Positions 17,563 through 28,176 of a stretch of 64,000 nucleotides of DNA are shown here, one piece after another. The DNA lies in contig CAYLWC010000003.1 of the NCBI GenBank assembly GCA_964387265.1, forward strand, positions 43,468 through 107,467. The letters are read 5' to 3'. The first letter of the stretch is position 1. Each line of letters opens with the position of its first letter. The notes beneath the pieces are model-generated. The model searched no databases. It was not told where the DNA came from and worked only from the letters and a program-made list of their open reading frames with translations. The position numbers were made by a program, and so were the translations under genes. This DNA is from an uncultured Vampirovibrionales bacterium (GTDB lineage: Bacteria > Cyanobacteriota > Vampirovibrionia > Vampirovibrionales > Vampirovibrionaceae).

Positions 17563-18228
17563 CTAATCGGCTATCTGGCTTAAGTGTTTTCGATCCAGCA
17601 CATGGACCCGACTGCCCTCCACTTTAATAAGCCCTTCGCCGCTGAGTTTTTTAAACGATCTGGACAGCGTTTCGGGAATGGTGCCCAAAATGGCGGCCAG
17701 CGTTTTCTTCTGGATTTTAATCACCGCTTTATCAGGTGAGTTCTCACTGACGGAAAGCAGGTACTTGGCCAGCCGGGAATCGACGCTTCGGAGGGAAAGA
17801 TCTTCGATGAGCCCGCTAAACTTATGGAGCCGTTGGGCAAACACGCTGAGCATGTTCAAGGCAATATCCGGGTGCATTTTAACGAGCTGTTGAAAGCCAG
17901 ACCCCTGAATAGCCAAAATTTTGGTGGGCTGCGTACACAGGGCATTGGCAGGATATCTCGGAATCCCGCTAAAGATCGGGACTTCTGCAAAAATCTCGCC
18001 TGGCCCAAACAAGTGCAAGATCATCTCCTTGCCTTCTCGCGAGATTTTATAAATCTGCACCTGCCCCTCCAGCACGATATAAAAAGACGTTGCCTCCTCG
18101 CCTTCCCCAAAGATCATTTCTCCCGATTCATACTGGTGAGCGGAACTGACGCGTGCCAGTTGTTCCAATTGTTCAGGGGTGAGCAGGCGAAAGTAAAGCT
18201 GTCGTTTGAGCAGGTCTTGAATAGTCAT
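17563..18228 (-). CDS. Crp/Fnr family transcriptional regulator
   Basis: N-terminal cNMP-binding beta-barrel (IFGEGEEATSFYIVLEGQV). C-terminal HTH (TLAAILGTIPETLSRSFKKL). Confidence 0.85.
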   Translation of the reverse strand: MTIQDLLKRQLYFRLLTPEQLEQLARVSSAHQYESGEMIFGEGEEATSFYIVLEGQVQIYKISREGKEMILHLFGPGEIFAEVPIFSGIPRYPANALCTQPTKILAIQGSGFQQLVKMHPDIALNMLSVFAQRLHKFSGLIEDLSLRSVDSRLAKYLLSVSENSPDKAVIKIQKKTLAAILGTIPETLSRSFKKLSGEGLIKVEGSRVHVLDRKHLSQIAD

Positions 18229-18334
18229 TCCACAAAATCATGATTTAAAATACGGACAAACATTGGGGGATGATCCTGTTTGAAGAATCATCCTTTGATT
18301 ATAAATTGAATCCGGTTTCTGTATAGACCTGGTT

Positions 18335-18664
18335 TTAGGCGTGGATTTTAATCACCAGAAAAACGCAGTCGGTTTCAGCCTTAGCGCCATGGGGAGTGCC
18401 GGAAGGCATCTCAACAGAAGTACCCGGCTGCATGGTGTATTCTTCATCCCCGGCAGTAAACTGGGCCTTGCCCCGGAGCCAGATGACCAACACATGAGCG
18501 TCCGTCTTATGACAATTCAGCACTGTCTCTGCTTTCAGGGTGACTTGCTTGGTGATGACGTTGCCGACTTCTAACACGTTGGACAAGGTAGGTTTGTTCT
18601 CCTGAAACGTCGGTTTCTCTAAAAAGTTTCGATATGTAATGGATTGGGTTGCTGATGGGCTCAT
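18335..18664 (-). CDS. Cupin domain protein
   Basis: Cupin motifs around HKTDAHVLVIWLRG and SGTPHG. Confidence 0.6.
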   Translation of the reverse strand: MSPSATQSITYRNFLEKPTFQENKPTLSNVLEVGNVITKQVTLKAETVLNCHKTDAHVLVIWLRGKAQFTAGDEEYTMQPGTSVEMPSGTPHGAKAETDCVFLVIKIHA

Positions 18665-19102
18665 GGTTTCCTCCCTCCTTTAAATGGTGAATACCGACAT
18701 CATAGTCAGGTTGAGGGGTGGGTTGCATTGACTAAGATCAAGTGCGCTAAAAAAGAAGCCCGAAACCAGTGGGCTTCGGGCACTAAGGATGTGTTTATCC
18801 TTATGAATAAAGAAGTCTGATTATTGAGGGGTCATGTCTTTTTGGAGTCTGGAGAACGCCAATATGGATAAATTACTATGTATGTAATTTCAAATCAATG
18901 GGGTTTTTCAAAATATCTGGATCCATATCAATATCACTCCGTTTTACCGGTGATTCTATGGTTTTCTGCAAAGGCAAAGTGGCTTAGACAGCTCAGGAGC
19001 CCCAGGAGATTTAAGCGGATGGACTCGCCCGAGAACAGCCCGCCATTTGGATCCGTTTGTATAATAGGGGGCAACCGGGGGTCTAAAGGGAGGTAGCACA
19101 AT

Positions 19103-19801
19103 ATGCGGAGCTTGCGCTTCCATACGTTAAACCAGTGGGTAAGTCGGATAAAGGCTGATAACTTGATTCTGTTGTTATGGCTCTCCCTGCTGGCGTTCGC
19201 CCAAGTGACCTTCTATGTCATGATGGACTATGTCGTGATGGACAGTGAACTGTCTGGTTATGATCGGCTTATTGTTGATGGGGCGAGTCAGCTGGCATCT
19301 CCGTTGATGATCCTGTGCATGCTGTGGATTACCACGCTGGGATCCCCATACCTGGTTCTGGGAACGTCTGCCATACTATTTATTAGCTTTACTTTGGGGA
19401 GGCGATACCGGTCTGCCTTGCTTTTTCTGCTTAGTCCAGGGGGTGGCCTTTTTTTGACTGGGGTCATGAAAGATCTGATGGATCGAGCCCGTCCCATGAT
19501 CAGCCATCCCATCTACCAGGAAACAGGTTATAGTTTTCCCTCAGGCCATGCGACGGTGGCGGTCTGTTTTTACGGGTTGCTGATTTATTGGATCATCAGC
19601 TCGGCTGGCCGGCCGCTTGGATTACAAAAGCGGATGCTGGTAGGAGCGCTTTTCCTTTTAATTTTGGCGATTGGCGTTTCCAGGGTCTATCTGGGTGTCC
19701 ATTTTCCCTCGGATGTGCTGGGTGGATTTTATTTGGGGCTGTTTTGGCTGAGTTTTTGTCTCTGGCTGAGCAGAGGGTGGCTGCTTCAGAGGTTGTTGTG
19801 A
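19103..19801 (+). CDS. PAP2 family phosphatase (membrane)
   Basis: KDLMDRARP, PSGHA and SRVYLGVHFPSDV acid-phosphatase motifs. Multiple TM helices. Confidence 0.8.
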   Translation: MRSLRFHTLNQWVSRIKADNLILLLWLSLLAFAQVTFYVMMDYVVMDSELSGYDRLIVDGASQLASPLMILCMLWITTLGSPYLVLGTSAILFISFTLGRRYRSALLFLLSPGGGLFLTGVMKDLMDRARPMISHPIYQETGYSFPSGHATVAVCFYGLLIYWIISSAGRPLGLQKRMLVGALFLLILAIGVSRVYLGVHFPSDVLGGFYLGLFWLSFCLWLSRGWLLQRLL

Positions 19802-19912
19802 CTAACCAGCTGGGTAAAATTTATACCCGGTCTGCTGATTGCCTTTTTCGGATCTGCCCATAGTAAGGTAGAGGGGGATCTTTGGAATAAGACAAAAACA
19901 GAGAGGGAGGTT

Positions 19913-20269
19913 ATGATGTCGGAATTGGACCTGACGCCGGATTTGCAACAGATTGTCGGGTATTTTAATGAGATAAGCCCATTGACTGGCAAGGTGCGGC
20001 TGGAATTTTGCGTGAGGCGCCGGATTCCTGACAGCGATCTCAACAGCATTATTGAGGCATATCTGTATCCGTTGGATGAGGAGGCCAGACGATGTTTGGG
20101 GGATCAGCCATGGCTCCATATGCAAGTTATGGGAGATACCATTAACCCGGCCCTGATGAATTATGACTGGGTGCTTCATTTGAAAAAACCGTATTCTGGA
20201 CCGGGTCAAACGGGTATGTCAGAAATTTTGGAGGTTCATGTTGAGCAGGCGCGTTTATCTCATGTATAA
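19913..20269 (+). CDS. Hypothetical protein
   Basis: GAGGGAGG RBS 6 nt upstream. No recognisable domain. Confidence 0.5.
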   Translation: MMSELDLTPDLQQIVGYFNEISPLTGKVRLEFCVRRRIPDSDLNSIIEAYLYPLDEEARRCLGDQPWLHMQVMGDTINPALMNYDWVLHLKKPYSGPGQTGMSEILEVHVEQARLSHV

Positions 20270-20427
20270 ATTCGTTGTCCATGGCGCAGGTGCTTCTTTA
20301 GACAGTTTGATCATTGTCAAACGCCAGATTGGGGCCTAAAATAGAGCGAGTATTTACCAGGGCGGGAAAGGCCGAGCCAGGCCAATTGACCCTCATCTGG
20401 CGTGTGGAAGGAATCTTGGAGGGGGAA

Positions 20428-20847
20428 ATGATGAATAAGGATCAGTTTGTCAAGAAAGTTCAGGAATTGACCCATCTGCCGACTCGGGAAATGGCGGAAG
20501 AAGGGATGCAGATCGTGTTGAGCCTGCTGAGTCATCGGCTGACGCCGGAGGAGGCCAAGGATGTCGAATCTCAGCTCCCGACGGATATGAAAAGTATCTG
20601 GAACAGCGATACCTGGATCACCAATTTCTTGAGTATTTCACGGCAGGCTCAGTTGAAATATCGAAAAAAAGAAGAATTATATTCCCTGATCGACAACGAG
20701 TTAAGCAAGACCAATTTGCCCATTGGGGCAGAACATTTGGCACTGGCAGTTTTTCACGTGTTAAAAGAGCAGATCACGGAAGGGGAAATCCAGGATATTG
20801 CCGCTCAATTGCCCGAGGATATTGAAGAGGTCTGGCAGGTTGCTTAA
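20428..20847 (+). CDS. DUF2267-like protein
   Basis: Two tandem helical repeats with the EEA/Q-LP-D pattern typical of DUF2267. Start moved to ATG 20428 after a GGAGGGGGA RBS. Confidence 0.55.
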   Translation: MMNKDQFVKKVQELTHLPTREMAEEGMQIVLSLLSHRLTPEEAKDVESQLPTDMKSIWNSDTWITNFLSISRQAQLKYRKKEELYSLIDNELSKTNLPIGAEHLALAVFHVLKEQITEGEIQDIAAQLPEDIEEVWQVA

Positions 20848-21183
20848 ATGAAAGAAGGAGAAGGTGAGATGACACATGTGGTACAGGCAGAAATTTCCGT
20901 GGAGCCGATGGGAACCGAGTCAACCAGCATCAGTAATTTTGTAGCCGCCAGTGAAGACGTACTGCAGGATTACCCCGATGTTCGTTACCAGATTCATGCC
21001 ATGTCCACGGAGCTGGAAGGCGAGTTGCACCGGGTCTTTAAAGTGATCGAGCGGATGCATGAAGCCCCATTTCAACAGCAGGCCAAGCGAGTGGTAACCA
21101 CCATCCGCCTGGATGATCGCCGGGACCGGGAAAACTCCATGAAGCAAATGGTTAATAGTGTCCAGCAAAAGGCGCAACTATAA
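20848..21183 (+). CDS. MTH1187/YkoF (DUF77) family protein
   Basis: About 100 aa ferredoxin-like fold. Pattern V...I...P...S..S....VA.....L matches the YkoF/MTH1187 family. It directly abuts the previous stop. Confidence 0.5.
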   Translation: MKEGEGEMTHVVQAEISVEPMGTESTSISNFVAASEDVLQDYPDVRYQIHAMSTELEGELHRVFKVIERMHEAPFQQQAKRVVTTIRLDDRRDRENSMKQMVNSVQQKAQL

Positions 21184-21193
21184 AAAAGCCGAA

Positions 21194-21228
21194 AACAGGT
21201 GGCCTTCAAAGCCATCTGTTTTATTACC
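21194..21228 (+). terminator. Probable intrinsic terminator
   Basis: AACAGGTGGCC-TTCAAA-GCCATCTGTT hairpin (one mismatch) followed by TTATT. Confidence 0.4.
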
Positions 21229-21406
21229 TTTTGTTCCAATATTCATCTGAGACACCAATGATTTGGTACTCGCCTGCGATATCCGGGACATCACCTGGCC
21301 CATCGGTGGCTTCCAATGTGCCATATTGAGTGCGCCAGACCTCAGGTTTTCTTTTCTCCGTCGGCTTGCGCTCTTTTGTTTTTCGCTGTCGTGGTCCTTC
21401 TTTCAT
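21224..21406 (-). CDS. Small Lys/Arg-rich hypothetical protein
   Basis: 60 aa ORF with a GGGAGAA RBS, downstream of pip on the same strand. It may be spurious. Confidence 0.25.
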   Translation of the reverse strand: MKEGPRQRKTKERKPTEKRKPEVWRTQYGTLEATDGPGDVPDIAGEYQIIGVSDEYWNKR

Positions 21407-21488
21407 CCGTCAAATTCTCCCGGAGACGTCTGTACCGATGATAAAGGAGAATCTGAAGGCTTACCATTGAGCGTCTGGCTATCATGCT

Positions 21489-22451
21489 TTAGCCAACTGG
21501 TTGTCTGAGGGCTTTAAATTCTTCGGTTGCTGCAATCAGGGCGCTTAAAGTTCCCGGCTCATCGTAGGCGTGGCCAGCGTCGGCAATTAACTGGAAGTTG
21601 GCCTCAGGAAACACCTGGTACAGATCCCATGCGTTTTTGGCTGGGCAAATCACATCATAGCGGCCATGAATCAGCCAGGTGGGGATGTGGCGAATGCGAT
21701 CCACGCGCTTCAGTAATTGTTTAGGATCCTCGAAAAAGGCATTGTTCACAAAATAATGGCACTCAATCCGGGCCATGGCCAGGGCGTGCTGGGCTTCCTC
21801 AAAGTTGGAGATGACATCCAGATTAGGAAGGAGCTTACATGTGGTTCCTTCCCAGCGGCTCCAAGCCTGGGCCGCCTTAAGCCGGGTTTCCTCATTTGCG
21901 TCGGTTAAAAGCCGGTAATAGGCATGCACCATTTTATGACGCTCCGATGGGGATACCGGGGCGATGTATTCTTCCCAAAGGTCGGGGAAAATCCAGGAAC
22001 AGCCTTCCTGATAAAACCAATGAATTTCCTCGGGGCGACAGAGAAAAATACCCCGTAAAATCAGGCCGGATACACTACCCGGGTGGGTTTCGGCATAAGC
22101 CAACGCCAGCGTACTTCCCCATGAACCGCCAAAGACCAACCATTGCTCAATGCCCAGATGTTGCCTGATTTTTTCAATGTCCGCCACCAGATCCCAGGTT
22201 GTATTTTCTACCAGGCAGGCATGGGGTGTGCTGCGTCCGGCGCCTCGCTGATCAAAGAGGATAATCCGGTAGTGGGCCGGATCAAAAAGTCTGCGGTGAT
22301 TGGCTGAACAACCTCCACCAGGTCCGCCATGGAGAAAGACAACGGGTTCACCCTGTGGGTTGCCCACTTCTTCCACGTAGAGTTCATGAATATCGGAAAC
22401 CTTGAGTTGAAAAGTCCGATACGGCTCAATGGGGGGAAAGAGGGTGTGCAT
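21489..22451 (-). CDS. pip: Proline iminopeptidase (prolyl aminopeptidase)
   Basis: Alpha/beta hydrolase with VFLHGGPGGG and the GGSWGSTLALAYA nucleophile elbow, as in S33 Pip. Confidence 0.9.
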   Translation of the reverse strand: MHTLFPPIEPYRTFQLKVSDIHELYVEEVGNPQGEPVVFLHGGPGGGCSANHRRLFDPAHYRIILFDQRGAGRSTPHACLVENTTWDLVADIEKIRQHLGIEQWLVFGGSWGSTLALAYAETHPGSVSGLILRGIFLCRPEEIHWFYQEGCSWIFPDLWEEYIAPVSPSERHKMVHAYYRLLTDANEETRLKAAQAWSRWEGTTCKLLPNLDVISNFEEAQHALAMARIECHYFVNNAFFEDPKQLLKRVDRIRHIPTWLIHGRYDVICPAKNAWDLYQVFPEANFQLIADAGHAYDEPGTLSALIAATEEFKALRQPVG

Positions 22452-22518
22452 AAGATTGACCGGAGTTGCTGCCTGTACCGTTATTATACCGTTGTCCCGT
22501 CAATCTGGGGAAGCGCAA

Positions 22519-22725
22519 TTAGATGGGCCGCCTTCCGCGGGGAGTGTACCGGAGTCGCCAGTACAGCCCAGTTTCAAGCACTTCTGGAAAGATGTCTCCC
22601 TGATCCAGCAAGACTGTATCATGATCAGAGAGGCTCCCTTGCTCGTCGACGAGTTCGTAGACCCCGTGAATTGGCGCGGTATCACCAGGTTCAAACAGCT
22701 CTTGTTCTGTTTTTTGAAAAGGCAT
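22519..22725 (-). CDS. Small acidic hypothetical protein
   Basis: Internal ATG at 22725 with a GGAGAAG RBS. Lies upstream of pip on the same strand. Confidence 0.4.
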   Translation of the reverse strand: MPFQKTEQELFEPGDTAPIHGVYELVDEQGSLSDHDTVLLDQGDIFPEVLETGLYWRLRYTPRGRRPI

Positions 22726-22978
22726 ACTGGCTTCTCCAACTCTTGAGCTTGCTATAGGCACGGTTTTGGATCAACCATTGTTGGCTGTTCTTCTATTTTA
22801 AAGCTTCTCCAGGGTTTGACTATTGGATAGGTGGCTATTTTCACATCTCCATCTGTCTGCCTGAAAAACATGAAGGTGTTTGCGTGTCCGGGAGAGTTTG
22901 ATACGATGACGAGGAAACCCGCCTAAAGATCAGGCTGGCAGTCACAGATCAGCATCAGAAACAGGAAAGGTTGGCGTC

Positions 22979-25468
22979 ATGTCGGACGGGGTATCCGGGG
23001 CAGATCATCAGGAAATGGACCAAAAATCCGATTCATCAAAAGAAGCCGGATCATGTTGCCATCATTCGCAGTTCACGGGGACGCATCGGGATCCGGTGTG
23101 CGGGATGAACGTGGAGGAAAGCCCGCTGCAATGGCAATATCAAGGAACAACCTATTATTTTTGTCGCCAGGGCTGTCTGGAGACCTTTAAGACTGACCCA
23201 AAACGGTATCTGAACCCCCAAACTGATGCTCAGACCTCAGCGACGGGCAAGTACATTTGTCCCATGTGCCCAGGGGTGGAGCAAGAAGGTCCGGGGAGTT
23301 GTCCCAAGTGCGGCATGGCTTTGGAACCCGAGCACCCGGTGGCGGCTCAGGAAAAAATGGAATATTATTGCCCCATGCACCCGGAAGTGGTCAGCGATCA
23401 ACCGGGAACTTGCCCCAAGTGTGGGATGGCCCTGGAACCTCGGCAAATTATGGTTGAGGAGGAAGAAAGCCCGGAGCTGAAAGACATGACCCGTCGGTTC
23501 TGGGTGTGCCTGGTCTTAACGGTTCCTGTTCTGGTGATTGCCATGGGGCACATGATTCCGGGGATGCAGGGGCTGGGTGCGGATCCGGTCTTTCGCTGGA
23601 TCGAGCTGATTTTGGCGACCCCGGTGGTTTTGTGGGGAGCCTGGCCGTTTTTCCAACGAGGGTGGGCTTCGCTTGTTAATAAGAGCCTGAATATGTTTAC
23701 CCTGATTGCCCTGGGGGTCGGAGTATCGTATTTATACAGTGTGGTGGCGGTGTTCATCCCGCAAGTTTTCCCCCCGGCCTTTCGGGATGAAGCCGGACAA
23801 GTCGGGGTTTACTTTGAAGCGGCAGCGGTCATTACCACGCTGGTATTGCTGGGGCAGGTGCTGGAATTGCGTGCTCGGGGGCAGACCAGCAGGGCGATTA
23901 AAGAATTGCTGGGGCTAGCGCCCAAAACCGCTCGTCTGGTCAAAGACGATGGTTCTGAAGAGGATATCCCTCTGGCCGAAGTTCGGCCCGGACAACATCT
24001 GCGGGTTCGTCCGGGGGAAAAAGTGCCGGTGGATGGAAAGGTTGTGGACGGGGCCAGCCAGGTGGATGAATCCATGATGACCGGCGAGCCGGTACCTGTG
24101 GAAAAACATCCGGGAGATCCGGTCACAGGTGGGACGGTGAACGGGACCGGTAGTCTGGTGATGGTGGCTGAGCGAGTGGGAAGTGATACGCTGCTGGCTC
24201 AAATTGTGTCCATGGTGAGTGAGGCCCAGCGGAGTCGGGCACCGATTCAACGGGTGGCGGATATGGCTGCCGCTTACTTTGTCCCGGCGGTTGTTCTGAT
24301 TGCGATTCTCACTTTTATGATATGGGCGATGATGGGGCCACCGCCCCAGATGGCGTATGCCATCGTCAATGCGGTGGCAGTGCTGATTATTGCCTGTCCC
24401 TGCGCTTTGGGGCTTGCCACTCCCATGTCGATTATGGTGGGAACAGGTCGGGGGGCCCAGGTCGGAGTCTTGGTCAAAAACGCCGAGACGCTGGAAGTCA
24501 TGGAAAAGGTGGATACGCTGGTGGTGGATAAAACCGGGACGCTGACAGAGGGAAAACCCAAACTTGTTACGGCGGAGGCGGCGCCTGGGTTTGAAGAGCA
24601 AACGCTCCTCAGGCTGGTGGCCTCACTGGAACGGGGCAGTGAGCATCCACTTGCGGCAGCCATTGTCCAGGGGGCGGAAGAGTGGGGCGTGACCTTTGCG
24701 CAGGTGGAAGATTTCCAATCAGTAACGGGTAAGGGGGCCATGGGGCGTGTGGAAGGGAAGCAAATCGCCGTGGGGAACAAGGCGTTGATGGAAGCCCAGA
24801 GTGTCCCGTTGGGCGATATAGAGCCCCGAGCGGAGGCGCTCCGGCAGGATGGGCAAACGGTTATGTTGGTGGCCATTGATGGTCAGCTGGCCGGCCTCAT
24901 TGGTGTGATGGATCCCATTAAGGCCTCAACCCCGGATGCGATTCGTAAACTTCATGAAGAGGGCCTGGAAATTATCATGATGACCGGGGATAACCGGACC
25001 ACGGCAGAGGTGGTGGCCCGGAAGCTCGGGATTGATCAGGTGGAAGCTGATGTGTTACCCGAGCACAAGGCTGATGTGGTAAAGCGCCTGCAAGCCAAGA
25101 GACGTGTCGTGGCCATGGCGGGAGATGGGATTAACGATGCCCCGGCCTTGGCCCAGGCCCAGGTGGGGATTGCCATGGGGACCGGAACCGATGTGGCCAT
25201 GGAAAGCGCTGGAATTACTTTGTTGAAAGGGGACCTACAAGGGATCGTCAAAGCCCGGCGGCTCAGTCAGGCGACCATGCGCAATATCCGCCAGAACTTA
25301 TTTTTTGCCTTTATTTATAACAGCTTGGGTGTCCCCATTGCCGCGGGGGTTCTTTATCCGTTTCTGGGGATTTTGCTCAGTCCGATGATTGCGGCGGCGG
25401 CCATGAGTTTTAGTTCTGTGTCGGTGATTGGGAACGCCCTTCGCCTACGCACTATAAAGCTATCATAG
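22979..25468 (+). CDS. copA: Copper-translocating P1B-type ATPase with N-terminal TRASH/YHS plus two CPMxP...CPKCGM metal-binding modules
   Basis: CPC transmembrane metal site ([10 protein letters not shown]). DKTGTLT phosphorylation motif. TGDN and GDGINDAP motifs. N-terminal YHS-like DPVCGMNV...YYFCRQGC. Confidence 0.9.
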   Translation: MSDGVSGADHQEMDQKSDSSKEAGSCCHHSQFTGTHRDPVCGMNVEESPLQWQYQGTTYYFCRQGCLETFKTDPKRYLNPQTDAQTSATGKYICPMCPGVEQEGPGSCPKCGMALEPEHPVAAQEKMEYYCPMHPEVVSDQPGTCPKCGMALEPRQIMVEEEESPELKDMTRRFWVCLVLTVPVLVIAMGHMIPGMQGLGADPVFRWIELILATPVVLWGAWPFFQRGWASLVNKSLNMFTLIALGVGVSYLYSVVAVFIPQVFPPAFRDEAGQVGVYFEAAAVITTLVLLGQVLELRARGQTSRAIKELLGLAPKTARLVKDDGSEEDIPLAEVRPGQHLRVRPGEKVPVDGKVVDGASQVDESMMTGEPVPVEKHPGDPVTGGTVNGTGSLVMVAERVGSDTLLAQIVSMVSEAQRSRAPIQRVADMAAAYFVPAVVLIAILTFMIWAMMGPPPQMAYAIVNAVAVLIIACPCALGLATPMSIMVGTGRGAQVGVLVKNAETLEVMEKVDTLVVDKTGTLTEGKPKLVTAEAAPGFEEQTLLRLVASLERGSEHPLAAAIVQGAEEWGVTFAQVEDFQSVTGKGAMGRVEGKQIAVGNKALMEAQSVPLGDIEPRAEALRQDGQTVMLVAIDGQLAGLIGVMDPIKASTPDAIRKLHEEGLEIIMMTGDNRTTAEVVARKLGIDQVEADVLPEHKADVVKRLQAKRRVVAMAGDGINDAPALAQAQVGIAMGTGTDVAMESAGITLLKGDLQGIVKARRLSQATMRNIRQNLFFAFIYNSLGVPIAAGVLYPFLGILLSPMIAAAAMSFSSVSVIGNALRLRTIKLS

Positions 25469-26297
25469 GTTTTTTAAGAAATTCCAAGGCCAATTGGTTA
25501 AATTCGTCGGGTTTCTCCAGGGCGATCACATGGCGTCCATTGGGAATGGCCTTGACCTCGCAAGGGGCTCCCAGATGATCGCAGATATATTGGTAGTATT
25601 CCCGAGGGGTGGGATCATCCTGTCCGTGAATAATAATGGCAGGAGCCTTAATTTGATCGAGCTTCCCAACATAAGGTGGATAAGACAGTTCTATGGTAAT
25701 CAGAATCACCGCTCTGGGGTCGACTTTGGATTGGACATTCACTAGCAGGTCATAACAACCGTAGGTTTGCATGCCGATTTTGTTGACGATGAGCGCGGCC
25801 TTGCGCTGGCCCAGCAGGGCAAACAAGGAAGAAAGGGTAAGCAGATATACGCCGATGGCCATCATGAGGGGCCATGCCTGGGGATGATAGGGCGGTTTTA
25901 GCCCTCCGACGGGGCCTTGTAATACCAGAGAGAGTACCTGTTCCGGGTGCCAGCAGCCAAAGGTAAGCGCTACCGCGCAACCCAGCGATAATCCCATCAA
26001 GTGGGCCTTTTTAATATCCAGGTGATCCATAAACTCTTGGAGCACCTGGGCATACGTGGTAATGGTATAAGGGGATTTTCGATCCGACTTGCCATGGCCG
26101 GGATAGTCAAAGAGGTAGACCTCAAACTCCTGGGTGAAGGCCTCAATTTGAGGGGCCCAAATGACTGTGGCGGAGGCGAGTCCGTGTAGCATAATCAGGG
26201 CGGGTTTTCCTTTGCCCGGCTCTTTGCCGTGGACTTCATAGTAAATATTTACATCTTGTGAGGTTTTAAAAAAACTCATGGTTCCCGATGGGCTCAC
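25452..26297 (-). CDS. Alpha/beta-fold hydrolase
   Basis: HGLASA oxyanion region and GLSLGC nucleophile elbow. Convergent 17 bp overlap with copA. Confidence 0.75.
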   Translation of the reverse strand: MSPSGTMSFFKTSQDVNIYYEVHGKEPGKGKPALIMLHGLASATVIWAPQIEAFTQEFEVYLFDYPGHGKSDRKSPYTITTYAQVLQEFMDHLDIKKAHLMGLSLGCAVALTFGCWHPEQVLSLVLQGPVGGLKPPYHPQAWPLMMAIGVYLLTLSSLFALLGQRKAALIVNKIGMQTYGCYDLLVNVQSKVDPRAVILITIELSYPPYVGKLDQIKAPAIIIHGQDDPTPREYYQYICDHLGAPCEVKAIPNGRHVIALEKPDEFNQLALEFLKKPMIAL

Positions 26298-26394
26298 TCC
26301 TACTTGTATTGTAGCCTAGCTAGATCCTTTTTCCCAGCTTTTTATATACCCTAAGGCTGTTTTTAAAATAAAACGCTTCTGTTACAGTGGTTTT

Positions 26395-27105
26395 ATGGGA
26401 TCCGTTTTATCCATTCCAACAGACTGGCTTTATCCCGGCTCTTTTCAGGAGGCGGGGGAAGTGCAGCGCCAGTTGGCAAAACAGGTGATTCGAGCAGACC
26501 AACTGCCCAAGCCCCTCTCGAAACTCAAAACCGTTGCCGGGGCCGACATTAGCAACAACTGGAGAGATCCATCGCAAATCATTTATGCGGCCCTGGTTGT
26601 GCTGGACTATTCCAGCTTGCGGGTTTTAGAAAAAAGTCCGGCTCACATGAAAGCTCCCCTCCATTACCAACCGGGCTTTTTAGCGTTTCGGGAAGTTCCG
26701 GTGCTAGTAGAAGCCTATCAGGCCCTTGAGCGAAAACCGGATGTGATTTTAGTCGATGGCCATGGCATTAGTCATCCCCGAGGTTTGGGGATTGCCAGTC
26801 ATTTGGGGGTCTTGCTTGATTGCCCCACCATTGGGGTAGCCAAATCCATTCTGATAGGAAAACCTGAAGGGGAATTGGGGCCGGATCCAGGTGAACAAGT
26901 CCCTTTAATGTGGAAGGGGCAACACATTGCCCAGGTCCTGAGGACCCGTAAGCGCTCTAACCCGTTGTATATCTCGATTGGACACAAAGTGTCTTTGGAA
27001 ACGGCAGTTGAGATTGTTCAAACCTGTCTGATAGGTTATCGCCTCCCCGAGCCCACTCGTCAGGCCCATCTGGCCGCCAATGCGTTTCGAAAGGCAATGA
27101 TATAG
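26395..27105 (+). CDS. nfi: Endonuclease V (deoxyinosine 3' endonuclease)
   Basis: GADIS, YQPGFLAFRE and VDGHGISHPRGLGIASHLG motifs conserved in Nfi. Confidence 0.85.
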   Translation: MGSVLSIPTDWLYPGSFQEAGEVQRQLAKQVIRADQLPKPLSKLKTVAGADISNNWRDPSQIIYAALVVLDYSSLRVLEKSPAHMKAPLHYQPGFLAFREVPVLVEAYQALERKPDVILVDGHGISHPRGLGIASHLGVLLDCPTIGVAKSILIGKPEGELGPDPGEQVPLMWKGQHIAQVLRTRKRSNPLYISIGHKVSLETAVEIVQTCLIGYRLPEPTRQAHLAANAFRKAMI

Positions 27106-27165
27106 TCCCGGAGCGTTAAAATAGGCAATGTTTCATGAGCGGATGTTTTTATTGTATATAGAAGC

Positions 27166-28176
27166 GTGATGAGGTGTATATCCATGTGGCGTCTAATCTC
27201 CTGCGGGCTTGCACTATTGGTGCTGGTCTCCCTGAACCTTACGGCCCAAAGCCAAGATAATGCGTACTTTCCTTCTGACAACTTTTTCCGTAGCCGGAAT
27301 ACATTGCCTGACTCCCAGTTGGATTTTACCGATGACACGCAGGAATCCTGTTGCGCCGATGACGCGCCAGTTGTAGACCCCAACGCCCCCACTGGATCCT
27401 CGTTTAAAGCGGAGAACCCCTCGTACACCGATTACGGCAACGATCCCAAGCTGGTGGAATGCGAAAAAATGCAGGGCTTATCGGCTGTGGGGCAAATGGG
27501 GGAAGCGCCGGTTCAGGTGAATGTGGCCCATAACCTGCCTATTAAATCCAACAGCACCAACGTGTCTGTGAAGAAAAAAGCGGAGTTTTATACCGACCCC
27601 CGTCGGAACCTGACGACCAGCTTCCATATTTCTACCCAGGGTGGGGCCAGTCTGGTGCAACTACAAGATGTGACCCATTACTCAGTGTGTATGGGCCGGG
27701 GCGGAAACAGTCTCCGGGTTCATAATACCGATAATGGCTCGATCTTGACTTATAACGGGAATGATCATGTGGTTCTTGGAGGAAACAACACCAACATGCT
27801 CACCCGAACCGGGGCTGGGGATGACGTCATTGAAATAGCCCAGACTGTGACGCAACCTAGTGGTTGGAAAGCCAATAGCATGTTTAAAACCGCGATCAGC
27901 GGGAGTGATGGTGTGGATACTCTGGTAATTAACGCCACACCTCCCGGAACCAAGTGGTGTCATATCGGGGGATACACCCTGTTTGGTGAGTACTTTTACG
28001 TGGTGGAATTCGCATTGCCTCCCAGCGCAACGGAAGGCCCCCGTCGCCAGAGGATGAGCATTGGCCAATCCGTGGAGTATGTGGTTTTTAAGGGTCGGAA
28101 ATATGCGACCCGAGAGTTTTTAGCCCATGGAACGCCCTTTGAGGTTGCCGGGTTCTTCAGTGACCGGAGTTTCTAG
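27166..28176 (+). CDS. Secreted hypothetical protein
   Basis: Signal peptide (LISCGLALLVLVSLNLTAQS). Thr/Gly/Asn-rich beta-type sequence. No assignable domain. Confidence 0.5.
   Translation: MMRCISMWRLISCGLALLVLVSLNLTAQSQDNAYFPSDNFFRSRNTLPDSQLDFTDDTQESCCADDAPVVDPNAPTGSSFKAENPSYTDYGNDPKLVECEKMQGLSAVGQMGEAPVQVNVAHNLPIKSNSTNVSVKKKAEFYTDPRRNLTTSFHISTQGGASLVQLQDVTHYSVCMGRGGNSLRVHNTDNGSILTYNGNDHVVLGGNNTNMLTRTGAGDDVIEIAQTVTQPSGWKANSMFKTAISGSDGVDTLVINATPPGTKWCHIGGYTLFGEYFYVVEFALPPSATEGPRRQRMSIGQSVEYVVFKGRKYATREFLAHGTPFEVAGFFSDRSF

Noticed and set aside
18270-18305. Possible Crp/Fnr box upstream of the crp-family gene (AATCA-N5-TGATT; TTGATTATAAATTGAA)
   Set aside because: The half-sites are in the outward orientation or do not match TTGAT-N4-ATCAA or TGTGA-N6-TCACA. 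It is more likely a chance AT-rich palindrome.
18878-19096. 72 aa ORF in the divergent region between the cupin and PAP2 genes
   Set aside because: No RBS, Arg-rich low-complexity tail, and it overlaps a likely promoter region.
23915-24876. Two overlapping minus-strand ORFs (228 and 200 aa) inside copA
   Set aside because: Antisense to an unmistakable P-type ATPase. His/Arg/Ser-rich low-complexity translations.
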